A stretch of 60,494 nucleotides of DNA. Source: Comamonadaceae bacterium. GTDB lineage: Bacteria; Pseudomonadota; Gammaproteobacteria; Burkholderiales; Burkholderiaceae_C. The notes under the pieces are model-generated. The model saw only the letters and a list, made by a program, of their open reading frames with translations, searched no databases and had not been told where the DNA came from. The position numbers and the translations under genes were made by a program. The stretch lies in assembly GCA_041311135.1 (NCBI GenBank), contig JBFYKC010000011.1:1-60494 (forward strand). Direction: 5' to 3'. Every line of letters starts with the position of its first letter. The first letter of the stretch is position 1. Below are positions 57,444 to 60,494 of the stretch, piece after piece.

Positions 57444-59354
57444 TTACTTCAGGACACCTGCAAAAAATGAAGACAGTTCGTCATAGCCGTCCAGCGGCAG
57501 CACATGCGCCACGTACTGGTCGGGACGTACCACCACCATGCAGCCTTTGCCACGGTCGATGCCACGCATGTCAAAAATGTCACCAACACCTTTGTGGTCA
57601 ACACAGAAAACTTTTTCGTGGTCTTGCAAACCCAGCTTGCCGGTCTTGGGTTTGAGCAACGAAGGCATGTGTTCGTAGGCCAGTTGGTCGAAAGTTTGTT
57701 GGAACACGGCGCGGAAGTCGATCACCGCATCAATGTCTTCGCCCTTGCGCGTGTGTTTGACAACGGGTGACTTGGGATTGGTTTCTAACCAATCTGCGAG
57801 CTTGTGAATGGCCGAACCGGGGTTGGAGCTGTCAGCCTTGCCTGCAAACGCGTAGATGCGCCAGCGGGCGTCTGCCTCGGCCACATGGCCGAGTTGCATT
57901 TGCTTGGCGTCGGCCAAGCGCACCACCGGTGCGGAGTGAAAGCGACGGCCAATTTCTTCACCCTTGGCCAATGCTTGATGTGCGCTGGCAGCGAACAAGG
58001 ACGACGCGTCGTACTTCACCGCAGTGCCCCCCGTGAATTCCAGGTTAGCCTTGAACTGGCGAATGATGCGGGGCTCTTCTGTGCCATCGCGCTCAGCTTG
58101 TGTGGTGGGCGCAGACATGATGCGCGACCATTCGTGGTCGGTTTCCACCAAGCGTTTGGCTTCGGTCAAACGCTCTTTGGAGTAACTGCGCAGCAAGCTG
58201 GCATCGGCACGGCCTTGCAACACATGTACCAGTTTCCAACCGAGGTTGAAGGTATCTTGCATCGACACGTTCATGCCTTGACCGGCTTTGGGCGAATGGG
58301 TGTGGCACGCATCACCCGCAGTGAACACGCGTGGGTTGCGGTCGACGCCCGCAGGCACATCATCAAATTTATCGGTGATGCTGTGGCCAATGTCGTAAAT
58401 CGACCACCAGACCACTTCTTTCACATCAATCGCATAGGGCTTGATGATGCGGTTGGCCGCCGCAATCATGTCTTCTTGGGTGAGCTTGCGCTGCGCGGCT
58501 TTTTCATCTGGGCGAAGCTTGTCGAGCTCAACATACATGCGGAACACATAGCCCCCTTCGCGCGGCAAAATCAGCACGTTGCCCTCTTTGGCCGAGGAAA
58601 TCAAACACTTCTGGCGCACATCGGGGAAGTCGGTGTTAGCCAAAATGTCCATCACCCCCCACGCTTGGTGCGCGGCATCGCCATGCAATTCACCGCCAAT
58701 AGATTTACGCACTTTGGAGTGCGCGCCATCACAACCCACCACGTAGTTGGCACGCACGGTTCGTGTGGCCCACCAGTTGATACCTGAAGCATCTTTGAGC
58801 GTCACCGTCACGGGGTGATCGTCTGTGGTGGGGTCGATCGTCAAGCTCTCCACTTCCCATCCGTAGTCGGGTTCTAGACGCGAAGGTGAGTTTTTCATGA
58901 CCTCCAAAAACAACTCGTGCAAACGCGCTTGGTTGATCAAGATGTGCGGCATTTCCGAGCTGTCATCGGCCACGTCTTGCACACGCCCCACGCGCTTGAT
59001 GTGGTCTGGGTTCTTGGGATCGGGCATCCAAAAGGCGGTTTGGTTGACCCAATAAGTTTCGCGCTTGACCTTGTCGGCAAACCCGAACGCTTGGAACATC
59101 TCCATCGTGCGCGTGTTGATGCCATCGGCCTTGCCCTTGATGATGTTGCTGGGCATGCGCTCGATGATCATCGTCTCGATCTCAGGGAACTGCGACAACT
59201 GCGCGGCCAGACACAAACCAGCAGGACCGGTGCCTGCGATCAGCACGTCCACCTTTTCGGGCAGCGGTTCGTTGATGCCTCGGTTACGTCGGTTGGGTGC
59301 AGCTTCCTTGATGTCAGGGCTGCCACCTCTAAATCCATTTTTATAGAACTGCAT
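57444..59354 (-). CDS. FAD-dependent phenol hydroxylase family monooxygenase, MobA (3-hydroxybenzoate 4-monooxygenase)-like
   Basis: MQFY.NGF, GPAG, ADG, GCDGA, GDACHTHSPKAGQGMN, C-terminal thioredoxin-like domain VVRPDQYVA; ATG at 59354 with GGAG RBS. Confidence 0.9.
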   Translation of the reverse strand: MQFYKNGFRGGSPDIKEAAPNRRNRGINEPLPEKVDVLIAGTGPAGLCLAAQLSQFPEIETMIIERMPSNIIKGKADGINTRTMEMFQAFGFADKVKRETYWVNQTAFWMPDPKNPDHIKRVGRVQDVADDSSEMPHILINQARLHELFLEVMKNSPSRLEPDYGWEVESLTIDPTTDDHPVTVTLKDASGINWWATRTVRANYVVGCDGAHSKVRKSIGGELHGDAAHQAWGVMDILANTDFPDVRQKCLISSAKEGNVLILPREGGYVFRMYVELDKLRPDEKAAQRKLTQEDMIAAANRIIKPYAIDVKEVVWWSIYDIGHSITDKFDDVPAGVDRNPRVFTAGDACHTHSPKAGQGMNVSMQDTFNLGWKLVHVLQGRADASLLRSYSKERLTEAKRLVETDHEWSRIMSAPTTQAERDGTEEPRIIRQFKANLEFTGGTAVKYDASSLFAASAHQALAKGEEIGRRFHSAPVVRLADAKQMQLGHVAEADARWRIYAFAGKADSSNPGSAIHKLADWLETNPKSPVVKHTRKGEDIDAVIDFRAVFQQTFDQLAYEHMPSLLKPKTGKLGLQDHEKVFCVDHKGVGDIFDMRGIDRGKGCMVVVRPDQYVAHVLPLDGYDELSSFFAGVLK

Positions 59355-59400
59355 GTCTTGTCTCCAAAGATTAAAAAACACCGAAACCTCGGCACACAAC

Positions 59401-59424
59401 AAATAATAACTGTACTTATTATTT
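59401..59424. promoter_or_regulatory. Candidate MarR operator
   Basis: AAATAATAA-ctgtac-TTATTATTT, perfect 9-bp arms in the divergent promoter region. Confidence 0.7.
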
Positions 59425-59452
59425 TCTGTCAAGATGGTATGTATGATTACTA

Positions 59453-59920
59453 ATGCCAGCAAAAAGGAGCTCAGGCATGGCCGTACTAGACATGGCGGGA
59501 CACTTGATACGCCGCCTTCACCAGCAATCCACACAACTCTTTGTGCAACGCACCCAGGCGGCCGGTTTTGATCTGACGCCTGTTCAATACGCGGCGCTCG
59601 ATGCGATCTGTTCCAACCCAGGCATGGATCAAGCGCGTATCGCAGAACTGATTGGCTACGACCGGGCCACGATTGGCGGTGTGATTGACCGCCTGGAGAA
59701 AAAGGGGTGGATTCGTCGTATCGTCAGCGAGCGGGACCGCCGAGCGCGCGAGCTGTCATTGACAGCCAAGGGCAACAAAATTCTTTCAGCGTTGCAACCG
59801 ATCGTGCTAGCCCTGCAAAAAGACATCCTCCAGCCCCTGGACGATGCAGGTCGGGCCTGCTTTATCGATCTCGCCCGTCAAGTGGTTTTACAAGGAACAC
59901 CAAAGACCGCAAACGAATAA
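59453..59920 (+). CDS. MarR family transcriptional regulator
   Basis: GHLIRRLHQ, LTPVQY, DRATIGGVIDRLEKKG...DRR; start 59453 or 59477. Confidence 0.94.
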   Translation: MPAKRSSGMAVLDMAGHLIRRLHQQSTQLFVQRTQAAGFDLTPVQYAALDAICSNPGMDQARIAELIGYDRATIGGVIDRLEKKGWIRRIVSERDRRARELSLTAKGNKILSALQPIVLALQKDILQPLDDAGRACFIDLARQVVLQGTPKTANE

Positions 59921-59981
59921 TGCAGCGAAGCGGCCATTCACCTACTAGCGTTTTTCAAATCACCGCATTAAGATTCAAACC

Positions 59982-60152
59982 ATGAAAAAACTGCCCCACA
60001 TTGAGTTGAATCAGTTAACACCCTTTGCCGTGGCGTTGGCGGTGCTTGGCTTTTGCCTGATGCAAGCCGACGAGCTCAAAAATTTGGGGGCTGTTCTTTT
60101 TTCTCTGGGCTTGCTCCCGCTTGCGCTGATGCTGTCTAAGTACAAAGACTGA
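59982..60152 (+). CDS. Small (56 aa) membrane protein with two TM helices, absent from the ORF track
   Basis: Hand translation MKKLPHIELNQLTPFAVALAVLGFCLMQADELKNLGAVLFSLGLLPLALMLSKYKD*; fills the intergenic gap. Confidence 0.6.
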   Translation: MKKLPHIELNQLTPFAVALAVLGFCLMQADELKNLGAVLFSLGLLPLALMLSKYKD

Positions 60153-60177
60153 GAAGCACTCAGATTGGCCGCCTGGA

Positions 60178-60494
60178 TCAGACCTCTGGCCCCATCACCC
60201 AATTGGGTACGCTGGTCACAATTTCAGGGAAGATGGTGATCAACAAAATTCCCAGAATCATGCAACCGAAAAATGGCAACGTCATTCGGGCGATGCGGTT
60301 GCTGTCAATCCCTGTCATGTTTTGCAACACGAACAGGTTAAAACCAACAGGCGGTGTGATCTCTGCAATTTCAATCAGCATGATGATGAAGATGCCAAAC
60401 CACACCAAATCAAAACCTGCTTTTTGAATCATGGGCAGCACCACCGCACTGGTCAAAACAATCATTGAAATACCGTCCAGGGCGGTACCCAACA
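60178..60494 (-). CDS. TRAP transporter large permease DctM, 3' part (truncated by the window end)
   Basis: G.ALDGIS, GFDLVWFGI, ITPPVGFNLFV. Confidence 0.9.
   Translation of the reverse strand, partial: LGTALDGISMIVLTSAVVLPMIQKAGFDLVWFGIFIIMLIEIAEITPPVGFNLFVLQNMTGIDSNRIARMTLPFFGCMILGILLITIFPEIVTSVPNWVMGPEV

Noticed and set aside
1-60494. CRISPR arrays, tRNA/rRNA, IS elements, prophage or defence systems
   Set aside because: No spaced direct repeats, cloverleafs, transposase, integrase or defence-type ORFs seen; nearly all sequence is covered by recognisable genes

Overview
Chromosomal segment of a Comamonadaceae-like betaproteobacterium. Gene order and TTG/CAA-rich codon style resemble the freshwater genus Limnohabitans, but this is inference. 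Approx. 1-35 kb is mostly housekeeping: nrdR, a minor type IV pilin cluster without pilY1, the rib operon and nusB, ybgC-tolQRA, aroC, metY, thyA-folA-xthA, and glnA-ntrBC with a clear sigma54 promoter and a perfectly palindromic double NtrC enhancer. It also holds a RodZ-paralogue plus bactofilin gene pair and an uncharacterised YncE/deacetylase/desaturase operon. Approx. 35-60 kb is an organic-acid and aromatic catabolic region with three clusters: (1) MarR with a PhzS-like flavin monooxygenase, a Tat-lipoprotein FAH hydrolase, a LigW-like decarboxylase and a Bug receptor; (2) a LacI-controlled galactarate/glucarate cluster lacking an aldolase; (3) MarR with a MobA-like hydroxylase, gentisate pathway genes (nagIKL-like), a CouO-like hydrolase and TRAP/Bug transporters. 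queED lies between clusters 2 and 3. I saw no tRNA, rRNA, CRISPR, integrase or transposase. Best candidates for undescribed biology: the RodZ-bactofilin module, the MobA-gentisate coupling, the PhzS/LigW/exported-FAH operon, and a 56-aa membrane protein missing from the ORF track. All family calls come from reading motifs by eye, with no database search.
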